Shown: positions 1 to 10,679, numbered from the stretch's first letter. The stretch is DNA of 44,560 bases from an uncultured bacterium (GCA_965541585.1 CBEUCH010000021.1:1-44560), one strand, 5' to 3'. Notes: generated by a model not told the origin, from the sequence alone. Numbers and translations are program-made.

Positions 1-1237
1 ATATCATCAGACTGACAGCGCTGCTTTCAGATAAAGTGTATGATATTATCGTTTGGGCATTGAAGGGATTGGGATAGTTCTGATGGAGCTGAAATCGATA
101 GGGGCCGGACGATTCGTCAGGATCATCTATACCGACGGTCTGATCGAAATAATATGCGCCGATATCGGCCCTGCTACCATCCGGATCTAATGGGAAATCC
201 GGATCGCCTGCGTCTATGCAGGGGGAGTTGGGAAGAAGACGATAGTCGCCGGAAAATCTATCTACAAAGAGCGGATCGGCCTGAATATCATGAGGCCCCG
301 GCTCTATGCCTATGTAATTCGCGCTGTCATTGCCAAAGACGAGGTTGTAATCCCAATCTACTTCAACCGAATCAGGAAATGTCGCAAAAACTCCTCCGCC
401 AAATTGGCTAAATGCAATTATGTTATTCTTGTAATATTCTTCTTGCCCGCCAACTGGAGTGAAAAAGAAACCGCCGCCTCGCCCATGAGTGGGGCCCAAA
501 CCAGCGATATTGCTCGCAATCGTGTTATTGTAAATACGAGAACCTCCACTTATCCCTCCTCCCCGGACATCTGGATACCTACTTAAAGAAGCATTATCAT
601 TTATTAAGTTATATCTGACAATTCCGGAGGACGCCATAAAGATCCCTCCGCCCCAAGCCCCATGAAATGGCGAGACTGCTGAATTGTTCGCAATTATATT
701 TCCTTCGATAATTGGCGACCCATATCCACACCAAATTCCCCCCCCTGCTACCTGAGAAAAATTGTTCCTTATTATATTACCCCTAATTATAGCGTTTGAA
801 TCCGAAAGTCTTATACCTGAGGTAGCTGGGTCATAGCTTCGTCCATTCTCTTCAATAATATTCCCCTCTATAACAGGGAACCCTTCATCGATATCTACTA
901 ATGCTTTGCTCCTGTATAAATCATGTTCAATATCCGCTGTAACTGTGAAACCTCTTAAAATGAAAGTTGTATCCAGACCGACTCCTAAAATCAAGAATCC
1001 AATAATTTCTGTATTATCAGGACCTTCTGCGCTAGTAACCAAGATATTCTTATTTTCAATGGAGAATGTTTCTACATAGATTCCAGGCGCCACCAGCACG
1101 GTATCGCCGTTTTGAGCGGCGTCTATACCTTCCTGTATGGTGGGGTAGTCTCCGGGGACGTTTATGATGACGGCAGAGGCAACGGGGGCTAAAAGCGCTA
1201 ACGCTGCAATCGATATTATCACATATATAGCTTTCAT
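1..1237 (-). CDS. Secreted right-handed parallel beta-helix (pectin-lyase-like) protein with FlgD/T9SS-type C-terminal domain; 3' end runs off the window
   Basis: Absent from the ORF track because there is no stop in the window. Manual translation from ATG at 1237 gives MKAIYVIISIAALALLAPVASA (signal peptide), VIINVPGDYPTIQEGIDAAQNGDTVLVAPGIY, GNII..N / GGGI repeats, DPLFVD..GDYRLLPNSPCIDAGDP and LHQNYPNPFNAQTIISY. Confidence 0.9.
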   Translation of the reverse strand, partial: MKAIYVIISIAALALLAPVASAVIINVPGDYPTIQEGIDAAQNGDTVLVAPGIYVETFSIENKNILVTSAEGPDNTEIIGFLILGVGLDTTFILRGFTVTADIEHDLYRSKALVDIDEGFPVIEGNIIEENGRSYDPATSGIRLSDSNAIIRGNIIRNNFSQVAGGGIWCGYGSPIIEGNIIANNSAVSPFHGAWGGGIFMASSGIVRYNLINDNASLSRYPDVRGGGISGGSRIYNNTIASNIAGLGPTHGRGGGFFFTPVGGQEEYYKNNIIAFSQFGGGVFATFPDSVEVDWDYNLVFGNDSANYIGIEPGPHDIQADPLFVDRFSGDYRLLPNSPCIDAGDPDFPLDPDGSRADIGAYYFDQTVGIDDPDESSGPYRFQLHQNYPNPFNAQTIISYTLSESSAVSLMI

Positions 1238-1633
1238 TGTCAACTCAGCGTAAATCGCCTTTACACAAAAAAGATAATAGCAACTGTTCTAATTGTCAAG
1301 AATTATTTTACCATAATCATCGCCTTCCAAACAGCAGTTTCACCCGCTTTGAACCCCCGACCTTTTGGCTTTTTTGCCAGGTTTGAGCAGGAGATCGGTT
1401 GTCTCCAATGGGTCGCAGATTCGAGCAAAGCTGATTGAGAATTTCGCCCGGTATTCGAGAGATTACCCTAATGCTATGATAGCCTTGAGGTTCCAGTCGG
1501 GGCGGCTATGATGCGCACCTCCAAAGGTGATTTTTCTGTAGGCCACTAGGCGGTCCAATGTCTTCAATTCGGGTACGTAACGGGGCGGCGCTGCTAATAA
1601 CTCTGAAGATCTTCTGAGAGAGGCGGAATCGTG

Positions 1634-1664
1634 CATTTCCGATAAGTTACAATTATCGGAAACG
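1634..1664. repeat. Palindromic site TTTCCGATAA-N7-TTATCGGAAA, copy 1
   Basis: CATTTCCGATAAGTTACAATTATCGGAAACG is identical to 41236-41266 and related to 2647-2677. Confidence 0.9.
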
Positions 1665-1827
1665 CTCAAACGACAATCCGAACTTGACAGGGTTCGCATA
1701 ACACCGGTTTAGACGAACCGCTGTGACCCATCCTATTTCACCCCGAAAAGCCTTGAGATCATATCTAGATCTTAAATCTTATATTATATCGCACTTATCA
1801 TCGCTGTTTGGCATTGAGCCTCATTAC

Positions 1828-1976
1828 CTGGGCTTTGATCCCAGAGAGGCCATTATCTGTCAAAGACTTATAAAGTTTGTTACAAGTATGCTACAAAAAC
1901 GGAGAGACTGGGATTCGAACAGAGTAACGCCCATTAATGCCAACGATTTATAGCAGCTGCTGCAAATATGCTACAA
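1828..1976 (-). mobile_element. att-site scar: tRNA-Ser-like 3' fragment (1900-1920) flanked by arm-type repeats
   Basis: The reverse complement of 1900-1920 is GTTCGAATCCCAGTCTCTCCG (T-loop, T-stem, acceptor strand, G discriminator). TGYTRCAA pairs with 11-bp period occur at 1878/1889 and 1958/1969. The left flank is shared with 27383-27457 and the right flank with 12512-12586. Confidence 0.75.
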
Positions 1977-2248
1977 GAAATCAAGCTATTATTTTGCGGA
2001 GGCCTACTTCAACAGCACTATCTTCTGGGACCAGTTTATTCCGCTTCGAAATCCATTCACCGGTGAACATAACTGACCCGGCCCCTAGCTTGCTGAAAGC
2101 GAATTCAATTCGAATCTGAAAAGACCAGAATCATTGAATAGAGATGAAGGATCGCCAAATCAGAGAGAGATAAATCTGGTTAGATGTGGAGAATTCGACA
2201 CAAAGTTCTTTATCGTCCGTATCCTAACGAGTAGGAGTTTAATATGAA

Positions 2249-2425
2249 ATGCGCCAAATGAAGCCTGAAACCTTCCAAAGATTATTAACGGTGGAGGAGA
2301 TCGCAGATTACCTTCAGGTTAAACCCTCCACCATTTATCAGTGGACGCACAAAGGTTTTATCCCGCACATAAAACTTGGGAATAAGGTGAGGTTCAAGCT
2401 GAGTAAGGTTGATAAGTGGGTGTAG
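2249..2425 (+). CDS. Excisionase-like helix-turn-helix protein (HTH_17/Xis family), possibly truncated
   Basis: Below the ORF-track cutoff. Translation is MRQMKPETFQRLLTVEEIADYLQVKPSTIYQWTHKGFIPHIKLGNKVRFKLSKVDKWV*, with AGGAG at 2233-2237. Confidence 0.8.
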   Translation: MRQMKPETFQRLLTVEEIADYLQVKPSTIYQWTHKGFIPHIKLGNKVRFKLSKVDKWV

Positions 2426-2484
2426 AGAAGGGCGGTGAAGGGGAGGATATCGATGACGTAATTAGATATAGAATCATATCTGCC

Positions 2485-2510
2485 TGACCTGCCCCACATT
2501 AATCGGTCCA
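2485..2510. mobile_element. Orphan IS3-family terminal inverted repeat-like sequence
   Basis: TGACCTGCCCCACATTAATCGGTCCA nearly matches 12379-12405 and resembles the IS3 end TGTTCTGCTCCCCATCTTTGGTCCA at 19237. Confidence 0.55.
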
Positions 2511-2646
2511 ATTTTTGGATTAAAAAAATACCGGCGCGGTAAAAGGGCTTAGATGTTGGGGTAAAATCATATATCTCAGTACCGAATAATTACAGTCTCA
2601 GGAAACACTAAAACTACCATACTTATTGATAACTTCTGCCAATTAG

Positions 2647-2677
2647 CGTTCCCGATAAGTGGGGATTATCGGAAATG
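2647..2677. repeat. Palindromic site, copy 2 (inverted flanks, different 7-bp spacer)
   Basis: CGTTCCCGATAA-GTGGGGA-TTATCGGAAATG, 20 bp past the stop of the 2117-aa gene. Confidence 0.8.
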
Positions 2678-2697
2678 AGAATAAACGATACTATCCT

Positions 2698-5600
2698 TTA
2701 ATCCCGCCTATTCTCAATCTTTATCTTAGACTTCAGGGACGGTATCACCAATGGTTGGTCTCCGCCGGGCAACAATCTGCCTTGCCCCGGACAATCCACG
2801 CAGCCGGAGAGCGGTACGGGGCCTCTGTAGGCCGCGATCGACATGACGACGTCGGTAAGCTCAAAGGTCACGCAGTTTCCGTCCACGTCGGCGGAAGGCT
2901 TGTATTCAGGAATCTCCTCGGTACAGAAGCAAACGTATCCGGGTTGATCAAAGCCTCTGTAGAAGGCAATCATCTTGACAACGTCGGTAAGCTCACGCGC
3001 GGTGCCGTTTTCGTCGCTGTCACCGGGTATGTAGTCGCAACCGCCTGCAGCAGCTGTGATGCTGACAGGTATGACATGAGTCGGCGAAACGCTGTTATCA
3101 TTGACATTTGCTTCAGCATTGTACGTACTGTCCGCAACAATCTCTGAATCTCTCATGTCTGCCATAAATACGATTTCAGCCGAATCACCGGGAGCAACCT
3201 CACCTGAACCACCTTCAATCACAGAGAACCAGGTTTCATGTGGAGCAATTTCAAATCCCTGGAAGAAGTCATAAGGCGCCGCCTGAGAAACTATAAATAT
3301 AGCGCCGACAGAAGGATCATACTCAGTAGTGAAGCAGGCTCCTCCCGCTGTACCCTGGGTATAGGGAGTTTCGAGCGTTACCTGGTAACTCACGCCGGTA
3401 TATGTTCCGCCAACGGGATCAAATTGTGATATCTCCATCAACGTATCCGGGGGTCCGTTTTGAGAGAATACCCAGAGCCATGGTCCATCTTCGGAAAGAT
3501 CATCCCAGGCCATACCATATACTGGTTTATAGTTAGCCCAGGAATTATATGTTTGGGTTGCGTCGAATTCATGAATTTGAGAAACGAAATCGGCCGTAAA
3601 GAAGTGGCCATTTTCCGGATTACGAGCCAAGCCGCGATTGACAATTTCTGGTCCGGGGAAACTGGTGACAACATTACCGGTAGCTGGATCTATCTGGTCC
3701 ACTACGGAACCGCCGGCAGATCCATACAGAAAAGTACCATCGTATGCCAGGTCACGCCATCCCCATCCGGATGTTCCCTGTTGGTCGAGCGTATCAGCCG
3801 AACCGTCCGGGTGCAGTACATAGAGCTTGTTAGGATCTAATCCATTGTTACCGCCTGTGAAGTAAAAATCAATTCCGTCATACTCTATACCGAGAATCTG
3901 GCCATCACCCAGCATATCGAGGCTCATCGGGCCGGTAAGATCATCCCAAATATCAGTGATCACGGGTACATTACCGCCGCTATAATGGAATGGTGCATAA
4001 TCGGTTGAGTTATGTTCTCTACCAACATTAGAGATTTTTTCCGAAACGGAATTTGATCTGATATCATATCCGCCAAATCCCTTAAGTTCAAGGTTGAAGT
4101 TAATCGCAACACTGTAAGTCATCGGACCGGAACCGGAGTTATGCAGGTATCTCGAATACGTCGCTGTGTCGCCGGGGGCAACATTGTCGACAATCGGTGA
4201 TGTGTCGATGCTGCCGATCGGCGCGGTTAATACGACGTCGTGAGTCGTGGTCTGACCATTAACAACTGTTACAGTATCAGTGTTGGAGTTATAACCCACC
4301 TTAGAAATGGTCACGTCAATATCGCCGGGTCCAATATCAAAGGCATAAGCACCTGTAACGTCAGTTGTATCCCTAACGCTGCCGTTAGCTTCAACAATTG
4401 CTCCTTCAACGGGACCTGCGGTATTGGCATCGGTGACCGTTCCGTCAATCGAACCTTTTACGATCTGGCAGTCTGCGAAAGCAAGGTCGTCCAGATGCCA
4501 TCCGGCATAGAAAACAGCACCGTCGGCGCCGAACGCGAACCTGGCGCGTACGTTGGTTCCGGCAAAAGCGGTAAGATCGAAATTCACGAAATCCCAGAAT
4601 TTCTGGTAATTGCCTGTGAATATCGAATCAGGATTGAGCGGATTATCTGAACTTGTCGTATCATCATATCCGATATCCGGGGATACAGTAATCCAGGAAG
4701 ATCCACCGTCTGTGGATATTCCGAAGTTACCGCCATCGTATCCTGATTCAGTATCATACCAGGAAGCAACACCAATGCTCGGATTTGTAGTACCGACGCC
4801 AAGGTCGAACTCGAGTGTGCTGAACGTACCAGTATAATCACCTGAAAGATTGGTTGCCCAGAGATTTGATCCTGAATACGCGTTTGCAGGGCCTTCGGGA
4901 TTATTCGGAGCACCCCATTCCCAATCGCCGCCACCTGTCAGGTCGCCGTCATCGGCTTCAAAGTCGAGAAAATAGTCAAAAGCGGCAAATTGCAGAATCA
5001 AAGTATCGTTTCTCGGATCTTCATCGCCAACGAGTTCGCTGGTAGCGACTAAAGTATACGAACCGGTAGCGGTGGGAGTAAATTGGGTAAACTGCTGAGC
5101 AACAGAAGTACCGGAATGCAGTACCGCTATTGATTGAACGTCATTGTATCCGCCGGGATTGATTGTCAGGCGAACAGGAACGTGGTTTTCGCGATTGATG
5201 CCGATATTGGAGAATTGTACCTCAGGCGTAAAAGCAACGTTAACAATGCCCGCAGGTGAGGGTACGTTAAACTCATCAACCATAACGTCATGAGCGTAAA
5301 TCGACTTGTACCACTTGATGGCGAGGCTGTCGGAAAGGCGGTTGCCAACAGGACTATCGTTACAAAGATAGCCCAAACCTGTGGCGTTACCGTTCCAGTC
5401 TTCCAGTCCCACCATGGCGCTCTGACCGGCTCCATCTGATCCGACTTCGTCGATGTCGAGATACTGCATGACGATATCGCCGTTTTCATGGAGAATAATT
5501 TCCCATTCCATATTGTAGTTGGAAAGTCTCCAGTTGTGGAACTGAATTACGGTGTAACGATTGGGCTCAGTGCCGAATGTTTCCATCATGCAGGCGCCAT

Positions 5601-8600
5601 CGTATGCCGCGTTACAGTAACCAAAATCCCAGAATCCACCCATAAACGGCATGTTGGGATCTGAGGACTCCGGTACCGGGCAGTCGTTTAATGAACCGCT
5701 GTAAGAGTACCCGAACTGCAGCATTCCGTAACTGATGATGTAAACAGAATCGAAAGTAACTCCATAGTATTTAAAACCGAATCCAATTGGGAAATTGCCG
5801 TAATTGCCCGAGCCGGATATGGTATCCGCGGTTGGCGAAGCGCTAAGATCGATGTAAGCGAATACAGGAGCATCCTCATCACTGATGCCGGAATTATCAA
5901 TCCAGCTATAGCCGAAATCATCCGGGCCGCCTGTACCGTAATGAGTGGCAACCATAAAATCGGTAATTTCAGTATCGTTGGCCGGGTTGGCGTCGCCCGC
6001 GAGAGATGTGAAAGCTTCCACATCGTAATCGCCATTCGGATCAGCATTCCATGTCACGCTGAAAGCGTGCTGAAGCGATCCGCCGCCCGTAACCAACGCC
6101 GTGGATTCGGATTGATTATAAACCGTATCGCCGGTTATACCGTCGGTGATGAGGAAAGTAACCGGGATAGTATAATCGCTATCGCTGTAATTGAGAACGG
6201 TAATCGTCGGAGTAACCGTTGTACCATTAAAGACCATAGAACCATCGAGAGGATCATCAATCGATGATAAAGCGGCGTCAATGGTAGGCGGGTTGTAGCC
6301 GAACGTTATAGCCAGTCCGCTCATAGCGATATTGCCCATCCGGTAGTCGTTGTGGGCAAATTCAAGGCCTCTGTCGCCGGGGTCGTCCTCGATACCAATG
6401 GAATGGCTGGTATAAATTACCGGCCCGACTTCTCTGTACTGGTATTTGATTCCGCGATCTCCCGCCGTTAGAATCAACTGCATGTCAATTCTCTGATCGA
6501 GATCGATATCGAAATCCCAGTTTTCGTAAGATACGATAAACGTATCCGAGTTGTTGGTGTAGTAGTAGGCGATTCCGCCGGATTCGTCGGAAAGGTCATC
6601 CCAGAGAAGGGCGAGGATGTTATCCTGGCCGAGCGTGTCGGGTATATGATAGTTTGTATCAAGGTGTGAAGTAATAGTATCGAAACTGGCGCAACCGTCC
6701 ATGCTCAGATAGATTCTATCGTAAGCGACATCATAGAAGGTGAAGCTGAATCCGAGAGGAATACCGTAGGTATATCGGTTACCAATATTGCCACCATCCC
6801 ATGTCACAGGAGTACCGCTTGTGGTAATGTCAATCCAGTTGTATGGATCGCCGGTACCGCCGTCCTTGTTGGAATCCCATGAGTAGTTGCCCGCATCGGG
6901 GCCGCCGGATTCGTAGTGTTCGTAAACGGTTATGTTGAGCGACATGGTATCATTGGAATTGTCCTCATCAGTCGAAAGATTGGTAAACGATTTAACAACA
7001 TAATCGTTTGCGGTCGGGGCCCATGTCGCGGTATAGTCAACATCACGAACTTCTAACGACACAAGGCTTGCGACCGTTTCTCTGCTCGCATAATCGATTG
7101 TCGGAGCGTGAGGCGAATAAATATTTACGTCGTCCAGGCGCCATGCAAGTGAAGATGTGCTGTATAAACGGAAAGCGATCTTAACATTACTATTGCCTGC
7201 AGCCCAACTTGAAATATCGTAGACCGGCTCATAGGGAACATCCGCACTGCCCTGGGTGGTGGTCCATGTATCGAGTACTTGAGTAGTTGCCCAGTCATCG
7301 GTGGTTCCGAGGATCTGTGCGCTATCCTCAATGCCGGAATAAGGAGCGAAGAATGCCCTGAAAGTAAGATATACTTCAGTTTCCCCTGAGAGATTCATAC
7401 TTGGAGTAATCAGGTATGTATGCTTGGTATCGCTAGACGATGCTTCGTACACCCTGGCAACATCCCCCCAGATACCGAAATAGGTCCACTGTTGCCAATC
7501 GTTAACATCCCAGCCGGGAGTCGAGCCGCTATCCAATACGACCCATCCGGTTGGGGGATTAGCGCCGGTCCAATCTGGAGGATCGCCGAATCCTTCAAGC
7601 ACATGATTAGTCTTATTCAGGTTAATAATGACTGTAGAATCATCAAATGTTTCCGTATTGAGGCCGATATTAGCGACCGTAATCGAAACATTATTGTCGT
7701 AACCGGAAATTCCCCAGGTCGGAGAATTTATACCTGCTGTCATGACGTCATGAGCGAGCGGTATTAATTCGGTTACAAGAACGTCGTCAAAACTCCAGTA
7801 ATCAGATCCGGCCGGGGAGTTGACGAATTGGAACGCGATCTGACAGGTGTTGCCGGCGTACATCGAAATGTCGTAAGAGAATGTAGTAGCGTTCGACGAA
7901 CTTCCTTTTGTGGCGTCATTGTCAAAAATAGTGTTCCATGTCGTCCCGGCGTCTGTAGTGATCTTTATGTACCCATGGTCCTCATTTTGCCAGGGAGCAC
8001 CGCTGGTTGAATGATAATAATATTCAACTACGCTTAAGGAACAAATCGCGCCGGATGAAATAGCGAATGATGGACTGATCATCCACTCGTCCTGCCATTC
8101 GGGGTATGCGTCGGTGCCGGTAGAGTAGATTCTGGCCGACTTGGATCCCCAACGAGTATAATCATGGTAATCGTTGTTGTTCCAGACGCCTTGACCCGGT
8201 TTAGGTGTACCGTAATCGAGAATTTCCCAGCCGGTGGGAGGATTATCGCCCAGCGGTCCCCAGCCGTTGAAATCCTCGAAAAGCAGACTTACGTCATCAG
8301 CCCAGACATTGACCTTATCGATAAACCACCAGTCGATGCCGGAGAGGCCAACATATCCGAAAGTCCTCAACTGAAAGCAGAATCTAACCGATTGTCCGGC
8401 ATAGGAAGTGACATCGTAATTCGCGAAGAACGGCTCATAGTCGGATCCCTGGTTTGAACCCCAGGTATCTAATATAGTCCAGTTGGAACCGCCGTCGGTC
8501 GAAATCTTAATAAAAGCGGAGTCATAATTGGCTAAGGTTCCTCCGTCATCATAGTAGGTTTTAAAAGTCAAAGAGCAGGCTGTCGCTTCGCCCGGAAGGA

Positions 8601-9051
8601 CTACATCAGGCGTAATCAGCCACTCGTCGTATTCCTGTTCCATATATGGTGCATAATGAACGCGGGCAACCGTATCGGACCAGGCGGAAAAATAATACTT
8701 ATGCCAATCCTGGTTGTACCATGTTTGCGAGCCCTCTGTGCCGTTGTCGAGGATCGTCCATCCGGGCGGCGGAGATGAAGGATCGCCCCAGTTAACATCC
8801 TCGAAATCTTCGCTTAGAAGAGTGGTGGCAATTGCCGGAGGATCGAGCTCTCCGCCTGGTGTTGAGTTGCGGTAAGACTGAACCGCGGGTTGAGGATCGG
8901 GGTGCTCGACAACTTCCTCAAGGGCAGGCTGCCAGACGGCCTCCTGATTATCCGGAGAGTCTACAAATTTCGTATCCTCCCCGGCCGCCAAAACCCTGGC
9001 CAAAGGCAACATTAGGAATAGTATTACCGCTAAAGTTTTTTTCACATTCAT
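2698..9051 (-). CDS. Large secreted multidomain surface/adhesin-like protein (repeated cleaved-adhesin/MAM-like jelly-roll domains, NIDO-like repeats, carboxypeptidase-regulatory-like Ig domain, propeller) with C-terminal dockerin-like domain
   Basis: 2117-aa ORF with a signal peptide; three 'E.F...PP.GW...D.G....W...DW...DEWLITP...W..D.V' units; two 'GGPD...YSW' units; 'GSIDGTVTDANTAGPVEGAIV'; paired 'GDSDENG..RELTDVV / ADVDGNC..FELTDVV' motifs at the C-terminus. Confidence 0.85.
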   Translation of the reverse strand: MNVKKTLAVILFLMLPLARVLAAGEDTKFVDSPDNQEAVWQPALEEVVEHPDPQPAVQSYRNSTPGGELDPPAIATTLLSEDFEDVNWGDPSSPPPGWTILDNGTEGSQTWYNQDWHKYYFSAWSDTVARVHYAPYMEQEYDEWLITPDVVLPGEATACSLTFKTYYDDGGTLANYDSAFIKISTDGGSNWTILDTWGSNQGSDYEPFFANYDVTSYAGQSVRFCFQLRTFGYVGLSGIDWWFIDKVNVWADDVSLLFEDFNGWGPLGDNPPTGWEILDYGTPKPGQGVWNNNDYHDYTRWGSKSARIYSTGTDAYPEWQDEWMISPSFAISSGAICSLSVVEYYYHSTSGAPWQNEDHGYIKITTDAGTTWNTIFDNDATKGSSSNATTFSYDISMYAGNTCQIAFQFVNSPAGSDYWSFDDVLVTELIPLAHDVMTAGINSPTWGISGYDNNVSITVANIGLNTETFDDSTVIINLNKTNHVLEGFGDPPDWTGANPPTGWVVLDSGSTPGWDVNDWQQWTYFGIWGDVARVYEASSSDTKHTYLITPSMNLSGETEVYLTFRAFFAPYSGIEDSAQILGTTDDWATTQVLDTWTTTQGSADVPYEPVYDISSWAAGNSNVKIAFRLYSTSSLAWRLDDVNIYSPHAPTIDYASRETVASLVSLEVRDVDYTATWAPTANDYVVKSFTNLSTDEDNSNDTMSLNITVYEHYESGGPDAGNYSWDSNKDGGTGDPYNWIDITTSGTPVTWDGGNIGNRYTYGIPLGFSFTFYDVAYDRIYLSMDGCASFDTITSHLDTNYHIPDTLGQDNILALLWDDLSDESGGIAYYYTNNSDTFIVSYENWDFDIDLDQRIDMQLILTAGDRGIKYQYREVGPVIYTSHSIGIEDDPGDRGLEFAHNDYRMGNIAMSGLAITFGYNPPTIDAALSSIDDPLDGSMVFNGTTVTPTITVLNYSDSDYTIPVTFLITDGITGDTVYNQSESTALVTGGGSLQHAFSVTWNADPNGDYDVEAFTSLAGDANPANDTEITDFMVATHYGTGGPDDFGYSWIDNSGISDEDAPVFAYIDLSASPTADTISGSGNYGNFPIGFGFKYYGVTFDSVYIISYGMLQFGYSYSGSLNDCPVPESSDPNMPFMGGFWDFGYCNAAYDGACMMETFGTEPNRYTVIQFHNWRLSNYNMEWEIILHENGDIVMQYLDIDEVGSDGAGQSAMVGLEDWNGNATGLGYLCNDSPVGNRLSDSLAIKWYKSIYAHDVMVDEFNVPSPAGIVNVAFTPEVQFSNIGINRENHVPVRLTINPGGYNDVQSIAVLHSGTSVAQQFTQFTPTATGSYTLVATSELVGDEDPRNDTLILQFAAFDYFLDFEADDGDLTGGGDWEWGAPNNPEGPANAYSGSNLWATNLSGDYTGTFSTLEFDLGVGTTNPSIGVASWYDTESGYDGGNFGISTDGGSSWITVSPDIGYDDTTSSDNPLNPDSIFTGNYQKFWDFVNFDLTAFAGTNVRARFAFGADGAVFYAGWHLDDLAFADCQIVKGSIDGTVTDANTAGPVEGAIVEANGSVRDTTDVTGAYAFDIGPGDIDVTISKVGYNSNTDTVTVVNGQTTTHDVVLTAPIGSIDTSPIVDNVAPGDTATYSRYLHNSGSGPMTYSVAINFNLELKGFGGYDIRSNSVSEKISNVGREHNSTDYAPFHYSGGNVPVITDIWDDLTGPMSLDMLGDGQILGIEYDGIDFYFTGGNNGLDPNKLYVLHPDGSADTLDQQGTSGWGWRDLAYDGTFLYGSAGGSVVDQIDPATGNVVTSFPGPEIVNRGLARNPENGHFFTADFVSQIHEFDATQTYNSWANYKPVYGMAWDDLSEDGPWLWVFSQNGPPDTLMEISQFDPVGGTYTGVSYQVTLETPYTQGTAGGACFTTEYDPSVGAIFIVSQAAPYDFFQGFEIAPHETWFSVIEGGSGEVAPGDSAEIVFMADMRDSEIVADSTYNAEANVNDNSVSPTHVIPVSITAAAGGCDYIPGDSDENGTARELTDVVKMIAFYRGFDQPGYVCFCTEEIPEYKPSADVDGNCVTFELTDVVMSIAAYRGPVPLSGCVDCPGQGRLLPGGDQPLVIPSLKSKIKIENRRD

Positions 9052-9158
9052 TTGATCCTCGAAGTTTTGGTAAATTTAGCGCTGCTTGTTAATTATCCTG
9101 ATTCCCAAGAGTTTAAAGTTGGCTGCTGTTCAATGTGATAAAAATTCTAAAGTCTGTT

Positions 9159-9452
9159 TCACCGCCTGCTCGTAAGATGAACGCGAACGGCACTTACGCT
9201 ATCGGCAGCGTAAAGAGAATCGTTCTCTACACAGAACCAATTGGCGCCGCCGTCCGTTGTTTTCCAAAAACCGTTATGAGATCCCATAATGATTGTCTGG
9301 CTATCGAATAGATGAACGGCAATGGCTCCAGCATAACCGGCGCTGGGCCCGTTGGTGGACCAGCTGTTCACGTCGGCAAGGGCAGGTACGATATGCGACA
9401 GCACGATAATTTCCGCGCTTGCCAGAATCCCAAACAAATTTCCGGTGATCAT
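9159..9452 (-). pseudogene. Truncated BNR/YCF48-type beta-propeller gene (signal peptide plus first blade only)
   Basis: NSWSTNGPSAG..AIAVH..DSQTII.GS.NGFWKTTDGGANW parallels the N-termini of 29459-31774 and 31867-34161 (DTWTSGGP...IAIDP...FQTTDGGAEW) but stops after 97 aa. Confidence 0.7.
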
Positions 9453-9522
9453 TGTTCTTACTTCCTATCCGTTCCCGGTGCCATAACTCCCGTTAAAGAT
9501 ACATCTTCTATAATATTTTTCC

Positions 9523-9636
9523 TTGACGTCCCTTATGATTAATCGTAAACTGAAAAGTTGGTCTCTTAGAGTAAGCAGAATAAGGGACTGATTGTTTTAA
9601 GCCGCCAAGCCGCAACGCTTGGCGGTTTGCTTTTTG
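9523..9636 (+). promoter_or_regulatory. Conserved element downstream of TrmB gene, copy 1: sigma70-like promoter, GTCCCTTAT/ATAAGGGAC inverted repeat and terminator hairpin (candidate small RNA unit)
   Basis: TTGACG (9523)-17 bp-TAAACT (9546); inverted arms at 9528-9536 and 9580-9588; hairpin 9600-9627 followed by a T-tract. The same layout occurs at 34401-34513. Confidence 0.65.
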
Positions 9637-9645
9637 ATTCTGATA

Positions 9646-10668
9646 TTACATCTTCTTCAATAAATCCCCCATTATATGGTAGTCTTCAGCCTGTTCCCAT
9701 ATATGATTAAAGAGTATTGTAAGACCTTCCGCCAGATCGGTGTGTCTAACCACTTGTGTAGTGAAGGTTGTACCGGTTGAAACCGGATCTTTCATAGCGA
9801 GCAAAACAATCTTCATATCGAAAATAGCCATTTTCATCGGCAGCCGCTTAATTACCCGCGCATTTTCTCCTCGTTCAACTTGTTCTTTTAGAATATTGAA
9901 TGTCCATTCCATTTCTTGCTGATTCCAGGGTAGTTCATAAATAGTTCTTATTTTAATTCCGCGCCGGAGTGGTTTGGCTTGCCGATCCGCTTGTTCTTCG
10001 AGTTTTTTCCTGGGTCCAGAATAAGGTGGTTTTGAGAAAATCAAGACTTCCTTTTTGGCCTCGTCGTTAAGTTGTATAAACTTTTTATGAATCTGCTGCG
10101 AGTCTTTTATTATTTCTATGAAATCCAAGGGGTCTACGTTGGCACGGCTGTCCTTGTACTGCGGTTTTAATTCTTCAATGATTTGGTTGATATTCTCTTT
10201 CGCGGTTTTGTTTTCTTCTGATATTTTCTTTTCCCTCTTATTCAATTCAATTAATTTCGCTTCCTTGGCGGCATTGTACTTTTCTAATATGTCTTTTTCC
10301 TTCTTATTCAATTCGATTAATTTCGATTCCTTTGCGGATTTGTACTTTGCTATTATTTCATTTTCCTTATTGGCCAAATTTGCCAACTCGATTTCCATGA
10401 CGTGGTCCATTTGCGAAAGGAATTTATCTTTGATTGATGCTGGATCTGAAGCACCATATCTCTTAGTATTCCCGGGTCTCGATACACATAATCCTCTGGC
10501 CAATAGTTTTTCAAGCGCCTCATACGCATTTGTACGGGGGATTCCCGCGATCTTCGATACCTCTGTTACGGTAAGCGTATCCTTTTCCAACAGAGAGAGG
10601 TAGCTCTTTGCCTCATATAAGCTTAATCCTACCTCCTTAAACCTCTTTAGCAGTAAGGCTCTGCTCAT
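9646..10668 (-). CDS. TrmB-family transcriptional regulator with extended coiled coil (3 x 22-aa repeats)
   Basis: N-terminal 'GLSLYEAKSYLSLL...VSKIAGIPRTNAYEALEKLLARGL' winged HTH; C-terminal PLD-like domain 'AKKEVLIF...IKIRTIY...LPMKMAIFD...LF..IWEQA'. Confidence 0.9.
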   Translation of the reverse strand: MSRALLLKRFKEVGLSLYEAKSYLSLLEKDTLTVTEVSKIAGIPRTNAYEALEKLLARGLCVSRPGNTKRYGASDPASIKDKFLSQMDHVMEIELANLANKENEIIAKYKSAKESKLIELNKKEKDILEKYNAAKEAKLIELNKREKKISEENKTAKENINQIIEELKPQYKDSRANVDPLDFIEIIKDSQQIHKKFIQLNDEAKKEVLIFSKPPYSGPRKKLEEQADRQAKPLRRGIKIRTIYELPWNQQEMEWTFNILKEQVERGENARVIKRLPMKMAIFDMKIVLLAMKDPVSTGTTFTTQVVRHTDLAEGLTILFNHIWEQAEDYHIMGDLLKKM

Positions 10669-10679
10669 GAAAATCCTCG

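Noticed and set aside
154..586. Plus-strand ORFs of 85 and 98 aa
   Set aside because: They are antisense shadows of the minus-strand beta-helix gene at 1-1237.
1900..1920. Possible tRNA genes at 1900, 12515 and 27444
   Set aside because: Only the 3' 14-22 nt are present, with no anticodon or D arm, so they are treated as att scars.
1463..2119. Short ORFs 1463-1699, 1723-1953 and 1937-2119
   Set aside because: They have no recognisable motifs and run across the palindrome and att-arm sequences.
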